A stretch of DNA of 64,000 nucleotides, from positions 27,594 through 91,593 of the forward strand of contig JAKAJL010000009.1 of assembly GCA_021813805.1 (NCBI GenBank). Direction: 5' to 3'. Positions 48,771-58,945 of this stretch are shown here, piece after piece (position 1 is the stretch's first letter; each line of letters begins with the position of its first letter). The translations under genes and the position numbers were made by a program. The notes under the pieces were generated by a model. The model worked only from the letters and a program-made list of their open reading frames with translations. It had not been told where the DNA came from and searched no databases. The DNA is from Pseudomonadota bacterium. GTDB lineage: Bacteria > Pseudomonadota > Alphaproteobacteria > Rhizobiales > Beijerinckiaceae.

Positions 48771-49396
48771 TTATCCCGGCAGGCTGCGAAAATCGCCTCA
48801 GCCACCTCGTCTTCCGGGTTTGAGGCGTCGATCACCTTGCAGCGGTCGGGCTCGGCGCGAGCGATCTCCAGGAACTTTTCGCGCAAAGCCACATGAAAGG
48901 CGACCGCCTCGCCCTCGAATCGATCCACTCCGGCCTGCCCCCGCCTCTTTTTCGCGCGCTCCAACCCGATTTCGGGCGGGAGGTCGAGGATGAAGGTAAG
49001 GTCCGGCCGCACGCCGTCGAGCGTCACGCGCTCCAGCGTCGCCAGCACGTTCTCGACGGCGCCGCCGCGCGCGCCCTGATAGGCGCGGGTCGAATCGGCG
49101 AAGCGGTCGCACAGCACATAGGCGCCGCGCGCCAAAGCCGGGCGGATGATCCTGTCGATATGGTCGATCCGCGCCGCGGAAAACAGCAGGGCCTCGCCGA
49201 AATCGCCGAGATCTCGGGCCTTGCCGCCAAGGATGATGGCGCGCAGCCGTTCGGCCAGCGGCGTGCCTCCCGGCTCGCGGGTCACGACGACCTCGCGGGC
49301 GTGGCCGGCGCGCAAGGCGGCGGCAAGCCGACGAATCTGGGTCGATTTGCCCGCGCCCTCGCCGCCCTCGAAGGTGATGAACCGTCCTTTGCGCAA
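48731..49396 (-). CDS. tmk: thymidylate kinase
   Basis: GRFITFEGGEGAGKSTQ...TREPGGT...DRF.DST.AYQG. Confidence 0.95.
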   Translation of the reverse strand: MRKGRFITFEGGEGAGKSTQIRRLAAALRAGHAREVVVTREPGGTPLAERLRAIILGGKARDLGDFGEALLFSAARIDHIDRIIRPALARGAYVLCDRFADSTRAYQGARGGAVENVLATLERVTLDGVRPDLTFILDLPPEIGLERAKKRRGQAGVDRFEGEAVAFHVALREKFLEIARAEPDRCKVIDASNPEDEVAEAIFAACRDKWPLPALGEKQWA

Positions 49397-49455
49397 TGAT
49401 GCCTCGCCCGCGACTCAGCCGTAAATCGGAAGTCTTAACCCGAAAAAGCGGCCTT

Positions 49456-50688
49456 TCAAGGCTCCGTGGCGGGGGCCGACGCCTTGGCGGCCGTCCTCTT
49501 TTCGATCGCTCGCATCGCCGAATTGACGCCCTTGTGGAAAAGCTGGACGCCGAGTTCGAAGGCGGCGTCCTTGGCGCGCTGGGTCAGCGGCCCCTGATCG
49601 TCGGCGCGCGCCGCCTTGAGCGGCAGGTCGAGCACGAGACTGGCGCCCTGATAGACCTTAAGCCGCGCCACGGTCTTGCCCGCAGCGACCGGAGCGATCA
49701 GCGGCCCCATATAGGTAATCTTGCCGGTGAGCCGTTCCGGCGAGCCGCGCGGGGTCATCACCCGGACCGGGGCGTCGGAGACCAGCGGAACCTCGCTCGT
49801 CGCCCCGCCATAGACCTTGGCGGTCCCCACCGTTTCGTTGGGCTTGAAAAGGGTTCTGACGTCGAAGCCATGGAAGCCCCAGTTGAACAAGCGGCGCGCC
49901 TCTTCGGCGCGCTCCTTGGCCGTCTTGGCCCCGAGAACCACCACGATCAGCCTTCGCCCCTCGTAAACCGCCGAACCCACGATATTGTAGTCGCCGTCCT
50001 TCTCGTTGCCGACTTTGAGGCCGTCGCCATTGACGTCCATGAACAGGATGGGATTTCGGTTGAGCTGGCGCACCTTGCTCCAGGTGAACTCCTTTTCCCC
50101 GAAAAAATGATAATAATCGGGATAGGCTTTGATGATGTGCTCGGCGAGAATCGCCATATCCCGCGCGGTCGTCACCTGCGCCGGATCCGCGCCGCCCCAG
50201 GGGTCGGTGAAATGCGACCCGGACATTCCGAGTTCGGCGGCGCGGACATTCATCATCGCCGCGAAATTCTGTTCCGATCCGCCGAGGCCCTCTGCCAGAG
50301 CGACCGCCGCATCATTGCCCGACTGCACGATCAGCCCGCGCAGCAGATCCTCGACCCGGACATTGGTGTTGACGCGCGCGAACATTGTGCCGCCGCGGCT
50401 GCCGGTCTTCCATGCGTTTTCCGAAATGTAGAACTGGGTGTCGAGAGTGATCGAGCCCTTCTTGAGATCGCGGAACACCAGCTCCGCCGTCATCAGCTTG
50501 GCCAGCGAGGCCGGCGGGGTCGGATCATTGGCGCCCTTTTCGTAAAGCACCGACTGGGTGTCGTAATCCATCACCACCGCGTGCGGCGCGATGGTCGAAA
50601 TCGTTTGCGCCAGCGCCACGAACGACGGGCCGGCGAAGGCAAGGGCCAACAGAAGCCGAAAAATAAGGGGCGGGAAACGGAAAACCAC
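49456..50688 (-). CDS. dacC: D-alanyl-D-alanine carboxypeptidase (PBP5/6 class)
   Basis: It has a signal peptide, the SxxK motif PASLAKLMT, and the SxN motif VQSGNDAA. The gene symbol is by family only. Confidence 0.85.
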   Translation of the reverse strand: MVFRFPPLIFRLLLALAFAGPSFVALAQTISTIAPHAVVMDYDTQSVLYEKGANDPTPPASLAKLMTAELVFRDLKKGSITLDTQFYISENAWKTGSRGGTMFARVNTNVRVEDLLRGLIVQSGNDAAVALAEGLGGSEQNFAAMMNVRAAELGMSGSHFTDPWGGADPAQVTTARDMAILAEHIIKAYPDYYHFFGEKEFTWSKVRQLNRNPILFMDVNGDGLKVGNEKDGDYNIVGSAVYEGRRLIVVVLGAKTAKERAEEARRLFNWGFHGFDVRTLFKPNETVGTAKVYGGATSEVPLVSDAPVRVMTPRGSPERLTGKITYMGPLIAPVAAGKTVARLKVYQGASLVLDLPLKAARADDQGPLTQRAKDAAFELGVQLFHKGVNSAMRAIEKRTAAKASAPATEP

Positions 50689-50774
50689 TTAGGCCTCAAG
50701 GGAACGCAACAGCGCATCGGTCCGACAAATAGCCCCTTTCCGCGCGCGACGCCAGAGCGCGGTCCGCTCTGCGC

Positions 50775-51695
50775 TTACTGGTCCGCGAGGTTGCCGCCGC
50801 GATTGCTCTGGAGACGGAACGGGCGCTGCGGCGGCAAGGGCGGGTCCTTGGGCAAGGGATTTCTGGTGGCCGACGCGGCAGAGCCGAAATCCTCGGCCAT
50901 GGCGAGGCGCTGCGGCGGTTCGGGCGGCAGCGGCGCGTCAACCAGCCGCTCCGCGGTCGAGCGGATGCGCGGCGGCGGCGGCGGAGCGGCGACGGGCTCG
51001 TCGCGCATCGCAAGGCGCTGCTCGTCGCGGTTCGGCGCTGCGGCAGGCGGCAGGTCGCGCCGTTCGGCGACCTCCGTCGACGAAAACGCGAAATCGTCGA
51101 GCCGGGCCGGAGCGCCATCGTAGCGCAGGGTCGCGATCAATTTGCGGTCGTCCGACCCCTGGAGCGAGGCGCGGCCGACATATTCGACCTTGACCTTGGC
51201 GGTGCCCACGGATTTGAAGCCGAGCGCCTCCGCCGCGCGGGCCGAGAGGTCCATCAGCCGCCCGGTGTGATAGGGGCCACGGTCGTTGACGCGCACGATC
51301 ATCGAACGGTGATTGCGAAGGTTGGTGACGCGCGCATAGCTCGGCAAAGGCATGGTCGGATGGGCGGCGGTGATCGCATTGCGGTCGTAAACCTCGCCAT
51401 TGGCGGTGCGGCGGCCATGGAAGGCGTCGCCATACCAGGAGGCGAGGCCGACCGCCGTATATCGGCCTTCGTGGGGCACATAGGTGCGGCCGGCGATGGT
51501 GTAGGGCTGGCCCACCAGGTAACGGCCGCCGCCCTTGGGCACGTCCTGTCCGTCCGCGACGACTCGTTCGCTCGCGCGGCCATAGATGCTTTCGGGGAAA
51601 TATTCTTTGCCGTGGCGGGCGAGATGCCTCGGCGACTGGGCGCAGCCGGCCATGGCGAGAGCGCCGGCGAGCGCGAGGATGGGCCCTGCTTTCAC
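50775..51695 (-). CDS. rlpA: septal ring lytic transglycosylase RlpA (DPBB domain + C-terminal SPOR-like domain), lipoprotein
   Basis: GLASWYGDAFHGRRTANGEVYD...AAHPTMPLPSYARVTNL...VRVNDRGP. The lipobox is LAMAGC. GTG 51695 (VKAGPILALAG...) was chosen; the ORF is open to 51872. Confidence 0.85.
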   Translation of the reverse strand: MKAGPILALAGALAMAGCAQSPRHLARHGKEYFPESIYGRASERVVADGQDVPKGGGRYLVGQPYTIAGRTYVPHEGRYTAVGLASWYGDAFHGRRTANGEVYDRNAITAAHPTMPLPSYARVTNLRNHRSMIVRVNDRGPYHTGRLMDLSARAAEALGFKSVGTAKVKVEYVGRASLQGSDDRKLIATLRYDGAPARLDDFAFSSTEVAERRDLPPAAAPNRDEQRLAMRDEPVAAPPPPPRIRSTAERLVDAPLPPEPPQRLAMAEDFGSAASATRNPLPKDPPLPPQRPFRLQSNRGGNLADQ

Positions 51696-52051
51696 GCGAC
51701 GGACGCAGACGCCGAGGTCTTGCCGCGCCGCGCGGATCTGCGCGAGGAAAAGAAGGGGCGTTATGGTCACTGGCCTTTTGTCCTTTTTTTCGCCACGCCC
51801 GCGCGGCCTTTCGGGCCGCCGGCGCGCCGAAGCGGAAGCCGTTCTGCCGTGAAACAACTTCGTCCGCGACAATGCGGGGGGAACATTGCCAAAAGATTGA
51901 ATTGAATGGTTAACCGCTTCTTAGGCTTGTCGAGATGAAGACACGCCATCCGATCACGGGTCCGTGAATGACCTCTAGCATGGCATTAACATTTTGTCAT
52001 AATTGGGGCGCAGGCGCCGTTCCCGCTAAACGGTGGAAGCTTAGTTCCGGC

Positions 52052-53224
52052 TCAAGGCATGACATGGCCGCCCAGGCTCCACGCCCCGAAGGCCAGGGAC
52101 AGAATGGTCGCGGGAAAGCCCACCAGCAGATAGTCGCGAAAAGTCAGCGGCTGGCCGGCGCGGCGCGCGATTTCCGCCACGATGAGATTGGCCGCCGAGC
52201 CGAGAAGAGTGAGATTTCCCGCCAGCGTCGTCGCCATGGCCACGACCAGCCAGCTTTCGCGCGGCGACTGGGCGACGAAGGGCTTTAGCGCAAGCACCGC
52301 CGGGACATTGCTGATCAGGTTGGACAGGACCGCCGCCACCGCCGTCATGATCCAGGCGTCGCCAAGCCCGAAATTCTCCGCGCGCTGCAACAATTCCGGG
52401 GTCAAAAAGGTCTTTTCGCCCGCCGCCGCGACGACGAACAGTCCGGCGAACATCAGCAGAAGCCCGCCGTCGATGCGGCGATAGACCTTGTGCGGCTTGA
52501 CGCCCGGATTCATCAGCAGCAGCGCGGCGCCGGCCAGGGCCGCCTCCGGCGCCGGAACGCCAAGGAAAAAGGCGACAACGACCCCGAACGCGACCAGAGC
52601 CGCGCGCAGGATCAGCGCGTTATGGCTGCGGGCGGGGCCGATGTCCGGCTCGCCAGCAAAGGCCGCGCGCAAGGCGCCGCGATGGACGAAAGCGATCACA
52701 GCGAAAACCAGCAACAGCGCGACCGCCGCCACCGGCGCGAGCGCGGCGGCGAAGGCGCCATAGGGGATATGGGAAACGGCGCCGACGATCATGTTTTGCG
52801 GATTGCCGGTGATCGTCGCCACGCCGCCGGCGTTGGAGGCGAGCGCGACGCCGAGCAGAAAGGGTTTGGGGTCGAGGCGAAGGGCGCGGGCGACCCTCAG
52901 AACCAGGGGCGCCATGACCAGGCAGACCGCGTCATTGACCAGAAAGGCCGAAAACAGGCCCGACACCGCGACGACGACGGCCAGCAAGGTCCGGGGCGAA
53001 TGGGCGCGGCGGACGGCGAACAGACTCGCGGCGCGGAAAAAGCCGGCCAGCTCCAACTCGGCGACGATCGCCATCATGCCGAACAGCAGAGCGAGCGCGC
53101 CGAGATCGATGGATTTGAACGCCTCGTCGAGGGTGAGCGCGCCGCAAACGATCATCGCCGCCGCGCCGACCAAAGCGATCCCGGCCCGGTCGAGCCGCGT
53201 GAAGGGCAGCCGGCCAAAGGCCAC
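52052..53224 (-). CDS. ArsB/NhaD-superfamily (citrate-transporter-like) anion permease
   Basis: It is hydrophobic throughout, with about 10-11 helices. ...LDEAFKSIDLGALALLFGMM... and ...LSNLISNVPAVL... are typical of this superfamily. The substrate is unknown. Confidence 0.75.
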   Translation of the reverse strand: MAFGRLPFTRLDRAGIALVGAAAMIVCGALTLDEAFKSIDLGALALLFGMMAIVAELELAGFFRAASLFAVRRAHSPRTLLAVVVAVSGLFSAFLVNDAVCLVMAPLVLRVARALRLDPKPFLLGVALASNAGGVATITGNPQNMIVGAVSHIPYGAFAAALAPVAAVALLLVFAVIAFVHRGALRAAFAGEPDIGPARSHNALILRAALVAFGVVVAFFLGVPAPEAALAGAALLLMNPGVKPHKVYRRIDGGLLLMFAGLFVVAAAGEKTFLTPELLQRAENFGLGDAWIMTAVAAVLSNLISNVPAVLALKPFVAQSPRESWLVVAMATTLAGNLTLLGSAANLIVAEIARRAGQPLTFRDYLLVGFPATILSLAFGAWSLGGHVMP

Positions 53225-53283
53225 GCCGCCATAAGTCGCGAGGAAAATGGCGGCTACGAGGAGTTTATGGAGCGGGGGAAAGC

Positions 53284-54798
<1,515 letters not shown>

Positions 54799-54800
54799 TC

Positions 54801-55262
54801 ATGGTCAAGACCCACGACGGCGCCGGGCTTCTCGGCGCGCCGGCGAAGACGCCGCGGAGCCCGGACGAGGCGGTGCTCGACCGCGTGCCCAATCCGCACG
54901 CGGATATCGATTATGTCGCGCGCTTCACCCAGCCGGAATTCACATCTCTTTGTCCGGTCACCGGCCAGCCCGATTTCGCCCATCTGGTGATAGATTATGT
55001 TCCAGATAAATGGCTAGTTGAATCAAAGTCTTTTAAGCTATATCTTACCTCGTTTCGCAACCACGGCGCTTTTCATGAGGCCTGCACGGTCCGCATCGCC
55101 AAGGATCTGGTGGCGGCGCTGGCGCCGCGCTGGCTGCGCATCGGCGGCTATTGGTACCCGCGCGGCGGCATGCCGATCGACGTGTTCTGGCAGACGGCCG
55201 AGCCGCCGAAAGGCTTGTGGCTGCCGGACCAGGGGGTCGCGCCCTATCGCGGCCGGGGCTGA
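54801..55262 (+). CDS. queF: NADPH-dependent 7-cyano-7-deazaguanine (preQ0) reductase
   Basis: The catalytic Cys lies in [14 protein letters not shown], and the QueF motif reads [21 protein letters not shown]. Start at ATG 54801. Confidence 0.95.
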   Translation: MVKTHDGAGLLGAPAKTPRSPDEAVLDRVPNPHADIDYVARFTQPEFTSLCPVTGQPDFAHLVIDYVPDKWLVESKSFKLYLTSFRNHGAFHEACTVRIAKDLVAALAPRWLRIGGYWYPRGGMPIDVFWQTAEPPKGLWLPDQGVAPYRGRG

Positions 55263-55331
55263 CGCCTAAGGAGTGCGTTCACTGTTTCCAACAGTACGAA
55301 AGATCATGTCGTGCAAAAGGGATAATGGAGA

Positions 55332-56198
55332 ATGAATTTTAATGATTTGCTTTGCAAAGCGAACGTTACTCCATCTGACGTTTTAGTCTTTCGGCATAGG
55401 CCGAAGGAGCCGCAGTTAAGACGCGTACTGCCATGGTTGGCTGGCGCTAAACCCGAATTATACAATGCGTTTCAGCGTTCGCAGGGTCCTGCGGCTGAAG
55501 CAGCCATGCTTAAGGCCAAATACATTGCGTCCTTCGTCGGCACTGACACGGGAAAGGCCGTTTTTGTCGGACTCTACAAAAAGGAGAGCTGGCGTTCGAT
55601 CACGAGGGAAGAATTTTTGGCAATTCCTGAAAATCAAGCCTTGATTGAGCTCGGCATGGAAGGTTTCGATGACGACTGGGAAAGCACAATCTGGTTTGAG
55701 CTTGTTCCTATGGATTTTTATCATGAATGGGCGGGACGCCTGCAAATTGATTGGCCAGGCGGCGAGAGATCGTGGTGGCGCTGGGCTGAGCGCAATACAT
55801 TTAAAATCAATTGCATCTCTTCTGATAGCCTATTTGAGCCCGGTATGCCCGCCTGGGACGAGCTTTGCCTAAGCATTGCAGAGTTGCGGAACCTTCCACA
55901 GCGATGGCGCGACACGCTTACGCAATGGCGCGGTATTTATATGATATTCGACGCAAGCGAGAAAAAGGGCTACGTTGGATCAGCATACGGAGCTGAAAAC
56001 CTCCTCGGACGTTGGTTGTCTTACGCTGCTACGGGACACGGCGGCAACAAAGAATTAAAGGACCTTTCTCCGGCAAATTTCCTCTTCACGATATTGCAGC
56101 GGGTTTCGCCCGACATGGATGCAAACGATGTGATCAGGCTGGAAGGAACTTGGAAACAACGCCTGCACACCCGAGAGTTCGGCCTCAACCGGAACTAA
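55332..56198 (+). CDS. GIY-YIG nuclease-domain protein with an unidentified N-terminal domain of about 190 aa
   Basis: The C-terminus reads WRGIYMIFDASEKKGYVGSAYGAENLLGRWLSY...GHGGNKELK...FTILQ...RLEGTWKQRLHTREFGLNRN, which gives the GIY ... Y(V/I)G ... R ... E ... N pattern. An RBS GGAG lies before the ATG. G+C is 87/180 (about 48%) over 55321-55500. Confidence 0.8.
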   Translation: MNFNDLLCKANVTPSDVLVFRHRPKEPQLRRVLPWLAGAKPELYNAFQRSQGPAAEAAMLKAKYIASFVGTDTGKAVFVGLYKKESWRSITREEFLAIPENQALIELGMEGFDDDWESTIWFELVPMDFYHEWAGRLQIDWPGGERSWWRWAERNTFKINCISSDSLFEPGMPAWDELCLSIAELRNLPQRWRDTLTQWRGIYMIFDASEKKGYVGSAYGAENLLGRWLSYAATGHGGNKELKDLSPANFLFTILQRVSPDMDANDVIRLEGTWKQRLHTREFGLNRN

Positions 56199-56225
56199 GT
56201 CGCGCCAGCCAACGAACGTCAGCAA

Positions 56226-57389
56226 TCAGCGATGACGCCGGAACGGACCCATCAGCGCGGCGGCCAGGCCGAGAAAAGCCAGGAACAGCATGGCAAGGGC
56301 GTCGAACAGGCCGCGCGGCGACGCCAGATCGAGGCCGACGCCGAGCATCGGCGGCCCGGCCATCATGCCGAGCGAATACATCATGATATAGGCGGCGTTG
56401 GCCGAGGCGAGCCGCGCGCCCTGGAATTTGTCGGCGAGCAGCGCCAGGCCGACCGTATAGATGCCGCCGACCACCCCGCCCCAAACGAAAAGCCCCGTTC
56501 CATAGGCGGCGCGGTCGGCGACAAAGGCCGGAAGGGCGAGCGCCCCGGCGAAGCCGAACAGGGCGAAAAGCACGAGCAGCCGGCTTTTCCTGGTCCGGTC
56601 GGCAAGCATGCCGAGCGGCACGGGAAAGACCACATTGCCGAAAGCCACCAAGGTGAGTTGGAAGGTCGCCCAGGCCGGCGGAAAGCCCGCGCGCAGCCCG
56701 AAGACCGGCAGCAGGCCGTTGAGCCCGGTCTCGAACGCCCCATACAACAAGCCCGCGGCGAGCGCGAGCGGCGCGGAAGAGAAAATCGCCCGCAGATTAG
56801 GCCAGCCCGGCCCTTCGATCTTCGCCGCCGCCTCGGCGCCCGCCACGACGACCGGAACCGCGGCGGCGGCGACGAGCGCCGCCGCAATCAGGAAGGGCAG
56901 AAGCCCTTTGGCGCCGGTGACGCTGAGGAGGGCCGGGCCCAGCGCGAAGCCGGCCGCCAGAAATGTTGCGTACAGACCAAGGATAGCTCCCCGCCGCGCC
57001 GGCGGCGCCGCGGCGCTGATCCAGAATTCGCTAACCACGAAAATAATTGTGAGCGACAGGCCAAACAGAGCCCTGAGCCCCAGCCAGACCCGATAATCGC
57101 CGCAAAAGGCGAAGCCGAGCAGCGCCGCGACCGCAAGGGCGATCGCCAGCAAAAGGAGACGCCGGACGCCGAACATGCGCGCCAGAACCGGCGTCAAAGG
57201 CGCGCCAATCAAGGTCGCGAGCCCGCTCACCGCGATGTGCAGCCCATTGACATGCGCCGGAAAGCCGGCGGCTTCGAGCCGCAGGGCGAGCAGCGGAATA
57301 ACCAGGGAGAGCCCGATTCCGACGATCGAAACGCAGGAAATCGCTGCGGTCAGGGATCTTGCGGCGCGCGAATCACAAGTGGACAACAT
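56226..57389 (-). CDS. MFS transporter
   Basis: 387 aa with about 12 hydrophobic helices. A loop 2-3 motif-like sequence (...LARMFGVRRLLL...) is present. Confidence 0.85.
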   Translation of the reverse strand: MLSTCDSRAARSLTAAISCVSIVGIGLSLVIPLLALRLEAAGFPAHVNGLHIAVSGLATLIGAPLTPVLARMFGVRRLLLLAIALAVAALLGFAFCGDYRVWLGLRALFGLSLTIIFVVSEFWISAAAPPARRGAILGLYATFLAAGFALGPALLSVTGAKGLLPFLIAAALVAAAAVPVVVAGAEAAAKIEGPGWPNLRAIFSSAPLALAAGLLYGAFETGLNGLLPVFGLRAGFPPAWATFQLTLVAFGNVVFPVPLGMLADRTRKSRLLVLFALFGFAGALALPAFVADRAAYGTGLFVWGGVVGGIYTVGLALLADKFQGARLASANAAYIMMYSLGMMAGPPMLGVGLDLASPRGLFDALAMLFLAFLGLAAALMGPFRRHR

Positions 57390-57628
57390 GAGACGGTATA
57401 AGCTATGTTTTCGCGTCGGACCAAAGCCGACGCGTCCCGGAAGGGGGCATTGCGCGGCGGTTGCATCGGGCCAAAAAAAAAGCTGCAGACCCGAAATTTG
57501 GTCTAGACGGATGCGACATATTCATATATTCGTATCCTTGCAATGCAATGAGCGACCAAAAGTCGCGCGGTTCAGCAAAAGAGTTAAAAGCTCGGGCTGA
57601 TATCACAGTCGAAACCGGGAGGGTTTCA

Positions 57629-58039
57629 ATGCGTTTGATCAAGATGGCCGCTCTTGCGGCGGGAATGAGCATGATCGCCGGGGTCGCCCTGGCGCAGACT
57701 GCGGCTGCTCCGGCTCAGGCGCCGGCTGCGCAGGCTCCGGCCGCCGCGGCGCCGGTTGCGCCGCCGCCGGGCTATGGCTATCCGCCGCCCTACGCCTATG
57801 GCTACGGCCCCTATGGCTATAATGACTACGACTACTATCGCGGCTATGGCCGTGGTTATGGCCGCGGTTATGGCCATGGTCACGGACGCGGCCACATGAA
57901 CTTCAGCATGGGCGGCGGCGGCGACACCGACACCGATTGGCGCGGTCGCGGCCACGGCTATGGCGATCGTTACGATGACGATGGCGGCTGGGGTCCGTGG
58001 GGCGGCCGCCGTGGCGGCTGGGGTCCGTGGGACTGGTGA
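57629..58039 (+). CDS. secreted Gly/Tyr/Pro/Arg/Trp-rich low-complexity protein (136 aa)
   Basis: ATG 57629 follows GGGAGGG. The signal peptide is MRLIKMAALAAGMSMIAGVALA/QT. The mature part is APAQAPAAQAPAAAAP..., then GYGYPPPYAYGYGPYGYNDYDYYRGYGRGYGRGYGHGHGRGH, and ends GGWGPWGGRRGGWGPWDW. A terminator follows. Confidence 0.6.
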   Translation: MRLIKMAALAAGMSMIAGVALAQTAAAPAQAPAAQAPAAAAPVAPPPGYGYPPPYAYGYGPYGYNDYDYYRGYGRGYGRGYGHGHGRGHMNFSMGGGGDTDTDWRGRGHGYGDRYDDDGGWGPWGGRRGGWGPWDW

Positions 58040-58180
58040 TAAGCTGATCGCTTGCGCCGCGGCGCGTTTCCCCGGAAACGCATCGCGGCCAGGGGAGGAG
58101 CGATAAGCGTAACCAGAGTAGGTTGAGTGCGCGTATATGAGTATGGGGCGGAGACGCCTCCGCTCAACCCGGAATGATGA

Positions 58181-58210
58181 AAGCCGCTCTCAATGGGCGG
58201 CTTTTGTTTT
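58181..58210 (+). terminator. intrinsic terminator (7-bp stem AAGCCGC/GCGGCTT, 9-nt loop, TTGTTTT tail)
   Basis: Read directly. It lies downstream of the Gly/Tyr-rich gene. The 3' half plus tail (GGGCGGCTTTTGTTTT) is duplicated in tandem at 58211-58226. Confidence 0.65.
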
Positions 58211-58231
58211 GGGCGGCTTTTGTTTTGCTTG

Positions 58232-58945
58232 CTATAATTCGTCCCGCCGCCATTCGCCCCGGCTGAGGCGAAAGAAGGGCGTCGGCAGGAATGGGCTCAT
58301 TCGAGCGTCCAGCCGCGCCCGCAGCTCGTCCAGCACCGTACGCGTCACGCCGTGCAGGTCGAGTTTCCCCGCCTCATCGAGCCGCGCCCAGACCAGCTCC
58401 ACCAGTTCGGCTTCCGCATGGACCACGCTGTCGCATCGCGCGCACACGTTTTTGGCGTCGGTCGCGAAAAATCGCGTGTCGAATCTTTTGGGCAGGAACG
58501 GCGGGGTGATGGCGCGGGCGATGAAATGAAGCTCCTGGAGATCGGGCAGACATTCATGGGCGGCGTAAGGCCGCCAGACCGCGGGCGGTCTGACCGGCCC
58601 GCCATAATCGCGCAGGCCGACCACGAGCCCGGTCTCCTCGAACATTTCGCGAATTGCGGCAAGAGCCAGCGCCCGGGCGAATGTGGGGTCGGGATCGGCG
58701 CGGCCCTTGAGCAGCCGCGCCTCGACCCGGGCGTCGAGCGGCCCGGCGATGGTCATGCGCCGGTCGCCCGGCTCCAGCCGCCCGCCGGGAAAAACGAATC
58801 TGCCCGGCATGAATTTCAGCGCCGCATGGCGTCGGCCCAGCAGGATTCTGGGATTTTTCCGGCCCATGCCGTCAATGAGGATCAGCGCCGCCGAGTCGCG
58901 GGGCCGCACAGCCCGCTTTTTTGCCTCGCCTTCGGCCGCGCTCAT
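58232..58945 (-). CDS. NUDIX-family hydrolase
   Basis: FVFPGGRLEPGD...REMFEETGL (Nudix-box core REUxEExGU). ATG 58945 overlaps the rnr stop (ATGA). Confidence 0.8.
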   Translation of the reverse strand: MSAAEGEAKKRAVRPRDSAALILIDGMGRKNPRILLGRRHAALKFMPGRFVFPGGRLEPGDRRMTIAGPLDARVEARLLKGRADPDPTFARALALAAIREMFEETGLVVGLRDYGGPVRPPAVWRPYAAHECLPDLQELHFIARAITPPFLPKRFDTRFFATDAKNVCARCDSVVHAEAELVELVWARLDEAGKLDLHGVTRTVLDELRARLDARMSPFLPTPFFRLSRGEWRRDEL

